NCBI GenBank assembly: GCA_963666985.2
Contig: CAXXIA010000002.1
Location: 64,001 to 128,000 of the forward strand
Reading direction: 5' to 3'
Source of the DNA: Spirochaetia bacterium
Lineage (GTDB): Bacteria; Spirochaetota; Spirochaetia; DSM-2461
Length of the DNA stretch: 64,000 bases
Both the position numbers and the translations under genes were made by a program. The notes beneath the pieces are model-generated. The model saw only the letters and a program-made list of their open reading frames with translations, was not told the DNA's origin and did not search any database. Shown here in pieces: positions 19,712-29,645 of the stretch (position 1 is the first letter of the stretch; each line of letters starts with the position of its first letter).

Positions 19712-20803
19712 CTATTCGGTTAAATTCCGAACCGAATCGCGGATAAGAAAATTCGGCGCAAGGACCGTCGTCGTTCTGAACGAGGCGGCTTTATGGGCAA
19801 TCCGATCGATAATAATCGAAGCCGCCATCTTCCCGATTTCCTCACCCGGATACTCGAAGGTCGTCAAAAACGGGGATTCCAAACCGTCGTTCCGCCAATT
19901 GTCATGCCCCACGACGGAAAAATCCCCGGGAACCGTCAAATCATAATTCTTGGCGGCGCGGATCAGTCCGACGGCCTCTTCGTCACTTGAGCAGAAAAAA
20001 GCCGTCGGGCGTTCCTCCTCTTCCGAAAAGAAATCCATCATGGCCTCATAAGCCTGCCGGAATCCTCCGTTCGGGAATGCTTTCATTCGGATTATCCGAT
20101 TCTCGGGAACAGCCCTGCCCGCTTTCGCGAGAGCATCCAAAGCTCCTTCCATCCTCTTAATTTTCGGATAATAATCATCCGTATACAGAATACCGATATC
20201 CGTATGCCCGCAGTCAAGCAGATACCGGGCGGCCATTCCTCCGGCGCTCCTGTCGTCGAGAACGACGGCGCTGAAAGCATCTCCCGAATAAGCGTTATCC
20301 AGAAGAACCACGGGGATTCCTCTGACCTCACATTGTTCCAGAAGATCTCTGTTGTCGCGGCTTTCGGGAGAATACACCGGTTCGATAATCAGGCCGTCCA
20401 CGCCTTTTGCAATGAAATTTTCGATCAGATTCCGCTCTTCTTCCAGCCGGTAATCGGAATGCCCCAGCAGGAGATGGTATCCGCGGCCGCTCAATTCCTG
20501 AGTGCTTCCTCTGATGATTTTCGGGAATATATATGAATCCACGTTATACATCACCAAACCGATATTCATAGACGAGTCGGCATGACGGTCCGCAGATTCC
20601 GCCCGAAACGACCCTACTTTATCGACGCTGGTGATAAAACCTCCGTTGCGAAGGTTCGATAAGGCCTGTCTGACGACATTGCGCGATACTTCAAATTGAC
20701 TGCAAAGGGCGCTTTCGGAAGGGAGTTTTTCTCCCGGAAGAATGCGGTCTTCCTGGAATTCGTGAAGAATCCAAGCTTCGATTATTTGATATTTCTTTTC
20801 CAT
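19712..20803 (-). CDS. AraR-type repressor (GntR wHTH fused to LacI-type sugar-binding domain)
   Basis: KLPSESALCSQFEVSRNVVRQAL, then VDGLII, GHTDIG, SVVGHDN. ATG at 20803 is preceded by AAGGAAG. Confidence 0.9.
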   Translation of the reverse strand: MEKKYQIIEAWILHEFQEDRILPGEKLPSESALCSQFEVSRNVVRQALSNLRNGGFITSVDKVGSFRAESADRHADSSMNIGLVMYNVDSYIFPKIIRGSTQELSGRGYHLLLGHSDYRLEEERNLIENFIAKGVDGLIIEPVYSPESRDNRDLLEQCEVRGIPVVLLDNAYSGDAFSAVVLDDRSAGGMAARYLLDCGHTDIGILYTDDYYPKIKRMEGALDALAKAGRAVPENRIIRMKAFPNGGFRQAYEAMMDFFSEEEERPTAFFCSSDEEAVGLIRAAKNYDLTVPGDFSVVGHDNWRNDGLESPFLTTFEYPGEEIGKMAASIIIDRIAHKAASFRTTTVLAPNFLIRDSVRNLTE

Positions 20804-20814
20804 GGCTTCCTTAC

Positions 20815-20933
20815 TTGTACCTACAAAATACAATACAAGAGTCATTCAATCAAGCAACAATAAACTTGACAGACGGAATAACCCATGATTCAATGGCTCA
20901 TGTATCTACATATACCATTTCTTGTAGTTACAA
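20815..20933. promoter_or_regulatory. Three AraR-like operators (WTGTA-NN-TACAW)
   Basis: TTGTACCTACAA 20815-20826, ATGTATCTACAT 20900-20911 and TTGTAGTTACAA 20922-20933. They resemble the B. subtilis AraR box ATTTGTACGTACAAAT. Confidence 0.85.
20866..20894 (+). promoter_or_regulatory. Sigma70-type promoter of the sugar ABC operon
   Basis: TTGACA (20866-20871), 17-nt spacer, TG-n-TTCAAT (20889-20894); RBS AGGAGG at 20935-20940. Confidence 0.7.
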
Positions 20934-20948
20934 AAGGAGGACTAAAGA

Positions 20949-22274
20949 ATGAAACGGATGCTCCGATTGATCGTTTTGGCCGCTCTCTTCGCGTCGGCGG
21001 TGAACCCGGTATGGTCGGCCGGATCGGCGGAAGATGAAGGATTGGGTTCGCTGCAGGAACCCGCCGCACTCACGTTCTGGGGATGGCCTACGGCCGATGC
21101 CGCGGTCGCCGCGGTTATCGACGGCTTTAAGGCCCGTTATCCGAAAATCTCGGTCGATGTCGTCATGAAAACCGGAACCAATGAGCTTCGCGACGCCTTA
21201 ACGACGGCCATGGCCGCGCATTCGGGTGTTCCCGACGTTACAATGATCGAAATCAAAGACATCGATAAATTCATGATTTACGGAGGACTTCAGGACATCG
21301 GCCGAAAACCCTTCAACGCCGGTCAATATGAAAAGGACTTCGTACCCTATAAATGGAAGCAGTGTACGACTTTGGACGGTGAGGGAATCCTCGCCTTTCC
21401 CTGGGACATCGGTCCCTCGTCGGTATTTTATCGGCGGGATCTGTTGGAAAAGGCCGGATATCCGTCCGATCCCGAATCGGTTGCCGAACTGCTCTCGACA
21501 TGGGACGATTTCATTGAAGTGGGCAGAAAGGTCTGCGCGCTCGGCGATAAAATCTGGTGGACGGACAATGCCGCGCAAATACCCTATATCTACTATTCCC
21601 ATAAAAACTTTTTCACGGAAGATCTGGAACTCAACATCGAAAATCCCAAAACTCGGCAGGTTCTTGAAGTCGCCGCGACATTGCGGCACGAAGGACTCGA
21701 CGCTCAAATGGGACTGTGGACCGAAGAATGGTACCAAGGACTGGCCAACGGAAGCGTGGCCACGACAATCATGGGCTGCTGGTTCGGCGGATTCCTCAAA
21801 GGATGGATCGCGGCCGATTCCAAAGGGGAATGGGGTATTGTTCCCATCCCGGAAGATCCCCTCCAGAATTACGGAGGATCGTTCCTGGCCATTCCGCAGG
21901 AAAGTAAAAACAAGCTGGCGGCCTGGGCCTTTATTGAGTATATCTGCGCCGATGCCGACGCCCAGAACACAATTTTGAAGACCGTCGATTGGTTCCCGGC
22001 TTATATCCCGGCGTATAGCGATGCTCTCTACGATGAAGGCGATCCGTACTTCGGCGGTCAGAAAACCCGCCGAGTCTGGGCGGATATCGCCCAGTCCCAA
22101 GGCGCCTTCGTAACCACGGCTCTGGATGCCGGCGCCGAAGCCGCGTTCACGGCGGAGCTGGCGAAATTTCTCGACCAGGATCTGAGTATCGATAAAACCA
22201 TATCCAATATGGAATCCGCTATTGAGAATCAGGTGGCCGAAGAGAAGGAACTTCTCCTGGAAATAATGAAATAA
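20949..22274 (+). CDS. Sugar ABC transporter solute-binding protein (CUT1)
   Basis: Signal peptide, LTFWGW, FYRRDLLEKAG, GGSFLAIP, AAWAFIEY. Confidence 0.92.
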   Translation: MKRMLRLIVLAALFASAVNPVWSAGSAEDEGLGSLQEPAALTFWGWPTADAAVAAVIDGFKARYPKISVDVVMKTGTNELRDALTTAMAAHSGVPDVTMIEIKDIDKFMIYGGLQDIGRKPFNAGQYEKDFVPYKWKQCTTLDGEGILAFPWDIGPSSVFYRRDLLEKAGYPSDPESVAELLSTWDDFIEVGRKVCALGDKIWWTDNAAQIPYIYYSHKNFFTEDLELNIENPKTRQVLEVAATLRHEGLDAQMGLWTEEWYQGLANGSVATTIMGCWFGGFLKGWIAADSKGEWGIVPIPEDPLQNYGGSFLAIPQESKNKLAAWAFIEYICADADAQNTILKTVDWFPAYIPAYSDALYDEGDPYFGGQKTRRVWADIAQSQGAFVTTALDAGAEAAFTAELAKFLDQDLSIDKTISNMESAIENQVAEEKELLLEIMK

Positions 22275-22289
22275 GCAAACCGCGCTTCA

Positions 22290-22311
22290 CCCGGACCCGT
22301 ACGGGTCCGGG
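22290..22311 (+). terminator. Perfect 22-bp palindrome after the SBP gene (partial terminator or mRNA stabiliser)
   Basis: CCCGGACCCGTACGGGTCCGGG followed by ATTTT. Confidence 0.65.
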
Positions 22312-22337
22312 ATTTTAAAGACAAGGGGTTACCCGGC

Positions 22338-23240
22338 ATGGCATCAATAACGAAACGGCGGGAATGTTCGATTGCCTACCTGTACATTCTGCCTTTCTTT
22401 CTGCTTTTCTTTATCTTCGGGGTATTCCCTATTTTCAATTCCCTGGGACTGTCGTTTACACGTCAGATTACCATCGGAACGACAAAATTCGTCGGTTTAA
22501 GAAATTACGCCCGTCTCTTCAGCGACGAGCTTTTCGTAAAGGCTCTGACCAATACTCTAATTATCTGGCTTACCGCCCATGCCGTCGTTATTCCCGGGTC
22601 ATTTCTGCTCGCATTCGCGCTGCATCACATGATTGAAAAAGGAAGCGGCTTCTACCGAACCCTATTCTTCACCCCCGTGGTCACTTCATCGGTCGCCATT
22701 TCGCTGGTGTTCCTGACCATTTTCGGAAAGCAGTTCGGCATTCTCAACCAATTCCTCAACTCGCTGGGAATTCCCATCATCGATTGGTTCGGAGGAAGAG
22801 GACAGTACATCAAACCCATCATCGTCACCATCTTCGTCTGGAAATGGCTGGGGTACGATATGGTGATCTTCCTCGCGGGAATGCAGGGAATCGACCCTAC
22901 CTACTATGAATGCGCCAGAGTCGAAGGAGCCGGCGTCGGAACGCTCCTGACCAAAATCACCATCCCGCTTCTGAAGCCCATTATCGTCTTCATCCTGATT
23001 ATGTCTTTCATCGGAGGGCTCCAAATATTCGATGAGCCCTACATTCTCTTGTCCAAAACCGGTGAAATGGGAGCGGGCACGAACTACGCGGGACTCGTAT
23101 TGTCCCGATACCTGTATTACTTGGCCTTTTCCCGCTGGAACTTCGGCTATGCGTCCTCCATAGCCTATTTCCTGGTGGCGTTCATCGTAGCCCTTTCGGC
23201 GCTTTCCAAACGCCTTATGAAAGAGGACAAATCGGCATGA
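22338..23240 (+). CDS. Sugar ABC transporter permease
   Basis: FVGLRNY, EAA-like loop YYECARVEGA, several TM helices. Confidence 0.93.
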   Translation: MASITKRRECSIAYLYILPFFLLFFIFGVFPIFNSLGLSFTRQITIGTTKFVGLRNYARLFSDELFVKALTNTLIIWLTAHAVVIPGSFLLAFALHHMIEKGSGFYRTLFFTPVVTSSVAISLVFLTIFGKQFGILNQFLNSLGIPIIDWFGGRGQYIKPIIVTIFVWKWLGYDMVIFLAGMQGIDPTYYECARVEGAGVGTLLTKITIPLLKPIIVFILIMSFIGGLQIFDEPYILLSKTGEMGAGTNYAGLVLSRYLYYLAFSRWNFGYASSIAYFLVAFIVALSALSKRLMKEDKSA

Positions 23241-24088
23241 GTACGACCATTGCAAGCGGTATCGGCAAACCGGGGCGAGCCGTTATCCATATACTTCTGG
23301 CGATTCTGGGGATTCTTTTTGTCTTTCCCTTCTATTGGATGTTTCTTCAATCGACGCATACATCCCTGGAGATTCTCAAAACGCCTCCGCCCCTGTTCTT
23401 CGGCCGTTCCCTCGTTGAGAACTACCTGGCCATGATGGATGTTATTCCGTTCTGGCGCAGTTTCTGCAATTCTCTGTTCGTTTCACTCACCACAACGGCG
23501 TTCAGTCTTCTTTTTTGTTCCATGGGAGGCTTTGCCTTCGCGATGTATTCCTTCCCCGGCAAAGAGATTCTGTTCAACATCCTTTTGTTGACCATGATGC
23601 TTCCCTGGATCGTAAGCCTGATTCCCTGGTTCATCATCATGTCCCGACTGGGGTGGATAGACAAACTCATCGCCCTTATAATTCCCGGCGCCGCCAATGC
23701 TTTCGGGATTTTCTGGATGCGCCAATACATCGGCGGGCATGTTCCGAAAGATCTTCTGTTTGCCGCCAGAATAGACGGCTGCCCGGAAGGTCTTATTTTC
23801 TTTCGCGTCTTTCTTCCTCTTCTGACTCCGGCCCTGGGAGCCTTGGGAATCCTGAACTTCCTGAACAGCTGGAATAATTTCTTTTTCCCTATGGTCGTCC
23901 TCCAGACCAAGGAGAAATTCACCATACCTCTGGCCCTCCGCTACCTAAACGCAGACCCGTATAAAGGCATGGACTTCGGAGTAACCATGCTGGGCGCTTC
24001 GATGGCCGTTATTCCCATTCTCATCGTGTTTTGGGCCGCCTCCCGCCAGTTTATCTCCGGACTCACAACCGGAGCGCTTAAGGAATAA
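23237..24088 (+). CDS. Sugar ABC transporter permease
   Basis: AARIDGC EAA loop, FLNSWNNF, RQFISGLTTGALKE. Confidence 0.93.
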   Translation: MSTTIASGIGKPGRAVIHILLAILGILFVFPFYWMFLQSTHTSLEILKTPPPLFFGRSLVENYLAMMDVIPFWRSFCNSLFVSLTTTAFSLLFCSMGGFAFAMYSFPGKEILFNILLLTMMLPWIVSLIPWFIIMSRLGWIDKLIALIIPGAANAFGIFWMRQYIGGHVPKDLLFAARIDGCPEGLIFFRVFLPLLTPALGALGILNFLNSWNNFFFPMVVLQTKEKFTIPLALRYLNADPYKGMDFGVTMLGASMAVIPILIVFWAASRQFISGLTTGALKE

Positions 24089-24090
24089 TT

Positions 24091-26094
24091 ATGGACATCG
24101 GAGTAACTTACTACCCGGAACAATGGCCCGAAGAACGATGGGAAGCGGATGCGGACCTCATGGCGGAAGCCGGTATTTCTTTCGTCCGCATGGGAGAATT
24201 CGCCTGGCATCGAATAGAATCCGAAAAAGGGAAATATTCCTTTCGATGGCTTGAAGCGGCCATGGATATTTTCGGAGACAGAGGAATCAACACCATTCTT
24301 GGAACACCGACGGCCTGCTATCCGTCCTGGCTGCACGCGGAATATCCCGATATCCACCAAATCGACTTCGACGGAAGAATCAAGGAATTCGGACAAAGGC
24401 AGGACGCATGCCGAAATCATCCGGGATTTAAAAGGGCGGCTCTGAGAATAACCGACGCCATGACGGCGGCTCTGGGCTCTCATCCTCATCTTATCGCCTG
24501 GCAGACCGATAACGAGCTGGGGAATCATGGTTCGGTTTTCTGTACCTGTTCCCATTGTGAAGCCTCTTTTCGCGGATGGCTGAAAGACAAATACGCCGAT
24601 ATCGATGCACTCAATGAAGCCTGGGGAACGGCGGTTTGGAGTCAAACGTACAACGCCTTCGAAGAAGTGGACATTCCCAGGGATACGGCGGACAACCGCC
24701 GCATGAAAGGTCATAACCCCGGCCGTGTTCTGGACTATCGGCGTTTTGCCTCGGATTCCATCATCAATTATCACAAACAGCTGGCGGCAATCATCCGGAA
24801 AAACTCACCCGACAGAATCGTCACTCATAATTTCATGAACGGATTCACGGGCTTCGACGCGTTCTCCATGGCTTCCGATCTCGATGTTGTTTCCTGGGAT
24901 AATTACCCCATCTATACGTTGGTCAACGGCGAAGGGATACCTCCGGCATCAAGTTTTCGCTTCATGCAGGGATTAAAAAAAGCGGATTACTGGGTTATGG
25001 AACAAATGACCGGACAGGGCGGCTGGGAAATAATGCTCCCCCGGCAGGCCCCCGGGACGATGAGGCTCTGGGCTTGGCAGACAGCCGCCATGGATTGTTC
25101 CGGAATATGCTTTTTCCGGTGGAGAAGCGCTCTTCGAGGCACCGAACAGTTCTGGCACGGCATTCTGCCCCATGACGGGAAACCGGGAAGACTTTATCAA
25201 GAATTAAAAAAGTTTATCGGAGAAGCGGACCGCATCACACCGGTTCTGGAGGGCTCTTCTCTGAAATCGAAAGCCGTCGTACTTTACGATTTCGACAGTA
25301 TCTGGGCCCTGCAGCATCAGCCGCAGGCGGAATCGGATTTCTCTTACGAATCGCTCTCCGGGCGTATCGTCGAAGCGCTCCGCCTGGAAGGATTATCCGC
25401 GGACATCCGCGCTTACGGAGAGGATCTTTCGGATTACGAAATCGCGTTCCTTCCGTCTCTGTTCGTGGCCGATCGGGAGCCGCCCGAGGGAATCACCCGA
25501 TTCGTTGAAGAAGGCGGCACTCTGGTTATCGGAGCGCGAAGCGGCGTTAAGGACCGGACCAATGCCGTAACGGAAAAGCCTCTTCCCGGAGTTTTCCGCG
25601 ACCTCGCCGGCGTATCCGTTTCGGAATACGACAATATGGACGCCCGAGGAGCGGGAAGCGTCCGCGTAAGCGGAAGCGGATTATCGTCGGCTCCGGTTTT
25701 CGGAATGGGCGATATCCTAACCCCCGACGCGGAAAGCGACATTCTCCTGGAGTGGGAGGGCGCTTGGTATTCGGGCCGGCCCGCGGCGACTTCCGCGAGA
25801 CGGGGCCGAGGACGATGCGTTTATCTCGGCGCCGTTCTGGATCCGGCCGACCTGGCGAGATTTCTCATCGGCGCCGGCATCATTGCCGAAGCTCCCTGGC
25901 ATCCGCCGGAAGGAGTTGAGACGATTCTTCGAGTTGGAAAGGAGGCGCGTCATCGGCTCTATCTCAACCACAAGGGCGGCGAAATCCGTGTTAAAACGCC
26001 GTTTTCCGGTTATAACCTGATAAGCGAGGAGCCCGTGGAGAAAGAAATCGTTCTTGAAAGCTACGGAGTTGCGATTATACGGGAAGAATTTTAG
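24091..26094 (+). CDS. GH42 beta-galactosidase family
   Basis: GVTYYPEQW, RMGEFAW, WQTDNE (acid/base), CTCSHC Zn motif, WVMEQ (nucleophile), FFRWR, EQFWHG. Confidence 0.95.
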   Translation: MDIGVTYYPEQWPEERWEADADLMAEAGISFVRMGEFAWHRIESEKGKYSFRWLEAAMDIFGDRGINTILGTPTACYPSWLHAEYPDIHQIDFDGRIKEFGQRQDACRNHPGFKRAALRITDAMTAALGSHPHLIAWQTDNELGNHGSVFCTCSHCEASFRGWLKDKYADIDALNEAWGTAVWSQTYNAFEEVDIPRDTADNRRMKGHNPGRVLDYRRFASDSIINYHKQLAAIIRKNSPDRIVTHNFMNGFTGFDAFSMASDLDVVSWDNYPIYTLVNGEGIPPASSFRFMQGLKKADYWVMEQMTGQGGWEIMLPRQAPGTMRLWAWQTAAMDCSGICFFRWRSALRGTEQFWHGILPHDGKPGRLYQELKKFIGEADRITPVLEGSSLKSKAVVLYDFDSIWALQHQPQAESDFSYESLSGRIVEALRLEGLSADIRAYGEDLSDYEIAFLPSLFVADREPPEGITRFVEEGGTLVIGARSGVKDRTNAVTEKPLPGVFRDLAGVSVSEYDNMDARGAGSVRVSGSGLSSAPVFGMGDILTPDAESDILLEWEGAWYSGRPAATSARRGRGRCVYLGAVLDPADLARFLIGAGIIAEAPWHPPEGVETILRVGKEARHRLYLNHKGGEIRVKTPFSGYNLISEEPVEKEIVLESYGVAIIREEF

Positions 26095-26115
26095 CGAATT
26101 GTCGGAATATATTCG

Positions 26116-26697
26116 CTAATACCGATTTCTCAATCCCATAGCCAGCGGAGATACGGAACCGAGCACCAGCACGCAGCCCAGGATTCTTATAAAAAGCAGC
26201 CCCGAAAGAACCGGCATCAGGAGAAGAATCAGGCCGATAAGGAATGTACCGATTACGGACGCGGCGGCATAGGGGCTCTCCCGAAGACCCGGCTCCTTCC
26301 GGAACGAGAAGACCGATCCGGCAATCAGATTGATTCCCGCGAAGATGAAAATAACGGCAACTCCCGCCTTACCCGCTCCGATGGGATGAAAGATGATAAG
26401 AACGCCGAAAATGATTCGAAGCAGTGATCCGGCTATGGAGAAAAAGTCGGTACGGCCGTCGATACGCGGCAGACGAAGAACACCGATCAGCCGGCCCACC
26501 CCTTCGGCCGTTAAGAAGATTCCCAGAACCACGGAAGCGAACGCCAATCCGGCGGTAGGCCGAAACAGCAGGATGAGTCCGGCAAGAAGAGAGAGCACTC
26601 CCTGAATGATAAAAAGCGGTGAAAGACGCCGCATGTTTTTTTCGTTTTCGTCGATTTCTTCAATGGTTGCTTTGGGTTCGAATTCGTCGTTCAACAT
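26116..26697 (-). CDS. HdeD/DUF308 family membrane protein
   Basis: Six hydrophobic segments with repeated G...L..P pattern; GAGGAG RBS before the ATG at 26697. Confidence 0.75.
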   Translation of the reverse strand: MLNDEFEPKATIEEIDENEKNMRRLSPLFIIQGVLSLLAGLILLFRPTAGLAFASVVLGIFLTAEGVGRLIGVLRLPRIDGRTDFFSIAGSLLRIIFGVLIIFHPIGAGKAGVAVIFIFAGINLIAGSVFSFRKEPGLRESPYAAASVIGTFLIGLILLLMPVLSGLLFIRILGCVLVLGSVSPLAMGLRNRY

Positions 26698-26802
26698 ACG
26701 TCTCCTCAACCGCTTGCGCCGTAACGGCGCCGAAGCCGATTCTTCATCAAAACGGTCTTTCTATCCGCCGGGACGCGGCGAATCAATCTTTCCTCACCGC
26801 GA

Positions 26803-27276
26803 TTATGCTTTCGGTGACTGTTTTTCCAGCTTCAGAACATGTTTCACGGTTTCCGGATTCAGCCGGAAAAAAGATCCGCGTCCCTCCAAAAATCCGTGCT
26901 TTTCCAAAAGATGAACGGAAAGATCGGTATAAAACAGTTTCTCTCCGGTATCTTTACGCTCGATTGTAACATTGATTTTTCGGCAGATACCGTCTTCCCA
27001 GGGACAGGCCAGATGACCTCTGGCTTCGTCGGTCTTCACCAGCCACTGTTCGTCAACCGTTACCGGCTCGCCCAGCCCCCGGCGTCCTTCTTCCATGAAA
27101 TACCGCAGTCTTGCCGCCGCATCCGCCGGATCAAGTGACAAAAGACGAAGGATTTGAGCATCTTCATCCAGAATTGTCGAGAGATTCCGCGTATCCGATC
27201 CCAGGAAACCTTCGGCCGTGATTACTCCGGGCGCCATGTTTTCTTGCGCCGTTTTAAGTTCGGGAGTCATTTTCAT
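26803..27276 (-). CDS. Hypothetical protein (157 aa) immediately downstream of nqrF
   Basis: AAGGAGG RBS; 39 nt after nqrF on the same strand; RGHLACPW and HLLEKHGFLEGRGS segments. Confidence 0.75.
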   Translation of the reverse strand: MKMTPELKTAQENMAPGVITAEGFLGSDTRNLSTILDEDAQILRLLSLDPADAAARLRYFMEEGRRGLGEPVTVDEQWLVKTDEARGHLACPWEDGICRKINVTIERKDTGEKLFYTDLSVHLLEKHGFLEGRGSFFRLNPETVKHVLKLEKQSPKA

Positions 27277-27315
27277 CGCCGCGGTCCTCCTTGTGCTGAC
27301 CGGCCGCGTTCTTTT

Positions 27316-28431
27316 TTACGCGAACTTATCATAATAAATATCCTCCGGACCGATGCCGTTGGCGTTCATGACCGTGTTGCAGGCGTTGATCATTCCGGGA
27401 CTCCCGCAAAGATAGCCTTCCAATGTTCTCCCCCGGACCGCGATTTTCTCCTTTATATAGGAATCCAGCACATCGGTAATCATTCCCGTAGGTCCCTCCC
27501 ATCCGTCGCCTTCCTGCGGTTCGGAAAGAGCGGGAACGAAATGGAAATTCGGCAGTTTCGTTTCCAAATCCTTCAGTTCCTCAAGGTAGAACATATCTTC
27601 GGTGCTGCGGGCTCCGAAGAAATACCAGACTTCGCGGCCGGTTTCCCCTTTATCGAGCATGTCGTAAAAAATGGATTTGAACGGCGCCATGCCCGAACCT
27701 CCGGCCACGCAGATCATGACCGAATCGTTCATCCGGCGCTTAAAGTCTCCAAAGGGTCCGATAAGATCGATCTTCTCTCCTTCCTTCAAATGCTGATGAA
27801 CGTAGGTGGTCGCGATGCCTCCGGGAACCAGCCGAATCAAGAGCTCGATGTGATTTTTATCGGCCGGCTGGGACGACATGGAATAGGCTCTCTGGGTGGT
27901 TCCCTTGATTTTATCGTAGGGCGGAACGACCAGCTGAACATACTTTCCGGCCTCGAATTCGACGGTTTCCTCACCCAAATCAAAGAGCACTTCCTTAATA
28001 TCGTGGGTAACATCCCGGATGGACGTTACGGTCGCCCGGAACTGCTTGATATTGAAAAGTTCTTCGGGGATTTCAATGCCGATGTCGGCCTTCACTTTTA
28101 TCTGACAGCCCAATCGAATGTTGTCCTTCATCTCCTGCGGCGATAAATAAGGCGTTTCGGTCGGCAGATGAGGGCCCACGTCTGTAGTGACCTTGCACTT
28201 ACAGGCGCCGCAGCTTCCCCGTCCGCCGCAGGCCGACGGCAGATAAAGACCTTCGGAGGAGAGCGTTAGCAGGAGGGAGGAGCCGCCCTTAACGGTCATC
28301 TCCTTCTTTCCTCCGTTGATGGAGATGTTCACTTCGCCGTAGTTGTTGGCCAGTTTGTCCACCACGGCGATAAGGGCGGCCATAATTCCGGCGAGGCCGG
28401 CCACGGTTAACGGTGCAATCAGATAACTCAT
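27316..28431 (-). CDS. nqrF: Na+-NQR subunit F-like (2Fe-2S, FAD, NADH-binding)
   Basis: N-terminal TM, SACGGRGSCGACKC, RLGCQ, RAYS, GPFG, AGGSGMAP, YLCG, YDKF. Confidence 0.88.
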   Translation of the reverse strand: MSYLIAPLTVAGLAGIMAALIAVVDKLANNYGEVNISINGGKKEMTVKGGSSLLLTLSSEGLYLPSACGGRGSCGACKCKVTTDVGPHLPTETPYLSPQEMKDNIRLGCQIKVKADIGIEIPEELFNIKQFRATVTSIRDVTHDIKEVLFDLGEETVEFEAGKYVQLVVPPYDKIKGTTQRAYSMSSQPADKNHIELLIRLVPGGIATTYVHQHLKEGEKIDLIGPFGDFKRRMNDSVMICVAGGSGMAPFKSIFYDMLDKGETGREVWYFFGARSTEDMFYLEELKDLETKLPNFHFVPALSEPQEGDGWEGPTGMITDVLDSYIKEKIAVRGRTLEGYLCGSPGMINACNTVMNANGIGPEDIYYDKFA

Positions 28432-28440
28432 GTCCGCCCC

Positions 28441-29043
28441 CTATTGAACGTTCAGCATGCCGCTGAATCCAACAAAACCCAGCGCCATGAAGCCTATGGT
28501 AATCAGCGTAATGCCCGGACCTTTCAGTCCCGCGGGCACCGGTGCCTTGGAAACCTTTTTCTGAATGGCCGCCAGCGCCATGATGGCCAGCCACCAGCCG
28601 AGCCCCGATCCCAGACCGAACATCACGGTTTGAAGAAAATCGTAATTGCGAATCTGCATGAACAGTGCCACGCCGAGAATGGCGCAGTTGACGGTAATCA
28701 GCGGAAGGAAAATCCCCAAAGCCATGTACAGAGCGGGACTCACCCGGTCGATAATCATTTCCAGCATCTGCACCGTCGCGGCGATAACCACGATGAATAC
28801 GATGTAGCGGTACACCATCAAATCAAGCGGAATCAGGATGTAACGCATCACCGCCCAGTTGATGGCCGAAGTGATGGTGAGCACCACGGTGACCGCCAGC
28901 CCAAGTCCGCCTGCCGACTTCATGTCCTTGCTGATGGAAATGAAGGAGCACATGCCCAGGAAGTTGGTCAGCAGAATGTTCCCGGTGAAAATCGAGGCGA
29001 AAAGAAGAACGAACGGATTAATCTGCGGCGCCAGTGAAGTCAT
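28441..29043 (-). CDS. nqrE: Na+-NQR subunit E (RnfA/NqrE family)
   Basis: FLGMCSFI, LGIFLPLITVNCAILG, GLKGPGITLI, GFSG. Confidence 0.88.
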   Translation of the reverse strand: MTSLAPQINPFVLLFASIFTGNILLTNFLGMCSFISISKDMKSAGGLGLAVTVVLTITSAINWAVMRYILIPLDLMVYRYIVFIVVIAATVQMLEMIIDRVSPALYMALGIFLPLITVNCAILGVALFMQIRNYDFLQTVMFGLGSGLGWWLAIMALAAIQKKVSKAPVPAGLKGPGITLITIGFMALGFVGFSGMLNVQ

Positions 29044-29645
29044 CGGCGGGCCTCCTTCTTCATCATGATCGTTTTAGCCGCCCAGATAAGGCACCCAAGA
29101 AGGAAAAACGCGCTGGGCGGCATCACCATGATGGTCCATTTGGTGAATCCCGAAGGAAGAACGGAATACCCCATCAGAGAACCGGCTCCCAGCATTTCCC
29201 GAACCGCAGCGATAATCACCAAAACCACCATGTAGCCGATGCCGCTGGTCAGGCCGTCCCAGAGCGCCGCGACAGGCGGATTGGACTGGGCGAAGGCTTC
29301 GGCCCGGCCCATGATGATGCAGTTGGTGATAATCAGGCCCACATAGGGTCCGAGGGACCGGGAGATGTCCGGCAAAAACGCCCGGAGAACAATGTCCACG
29401 ATAATCACGTAAAACGCGATAATCAGGGTTTGAACGATCATTCGAACCTTGCGCGGAATAAGTCCCTTCAAAAGAGAAACCGTCGTACTCGAAAGCGCGG
29501 TAACGAAGGTCACCGCCGCGGTCATGATCAGCGTGTTGCTCAAGGCGCTGGTAACCGCCAGTGTGGAGCAGATTCCGAGGATCTGCACGAAGATGGGATT
29601 ATCGCTCCAGAGGTTCTTTTTCAGGATGGCGGAGGCGTCACTCAT
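29040..29645 (-). CDS. nqrD: Na+-NQR subunit D (RnfE/NqrD family)
   Basis: NPIFVQILGICSTLAVT, VGLIITNCIIMGRAEAFA, PSAFF. Confidence 0.9.
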   Translation of the reverse strand: MSDASAILKKNLWSDNPIFVQILGICSTLAVTSALSNTLIMTAAVTFVTALSSTTVSLLKGLIPRKVRMIVQTLIIAFYVIIVDIVLRAFLPDISRSLGPYVGLIITNCIIMGRAEAFAQSNPPVAALWDGLTSGIGYMVVLVIIAAVREMLGAGSLMGYSVLPSGFTKWTIMVMPPSAFFLLGCLIWAAKTIMMKKEARR

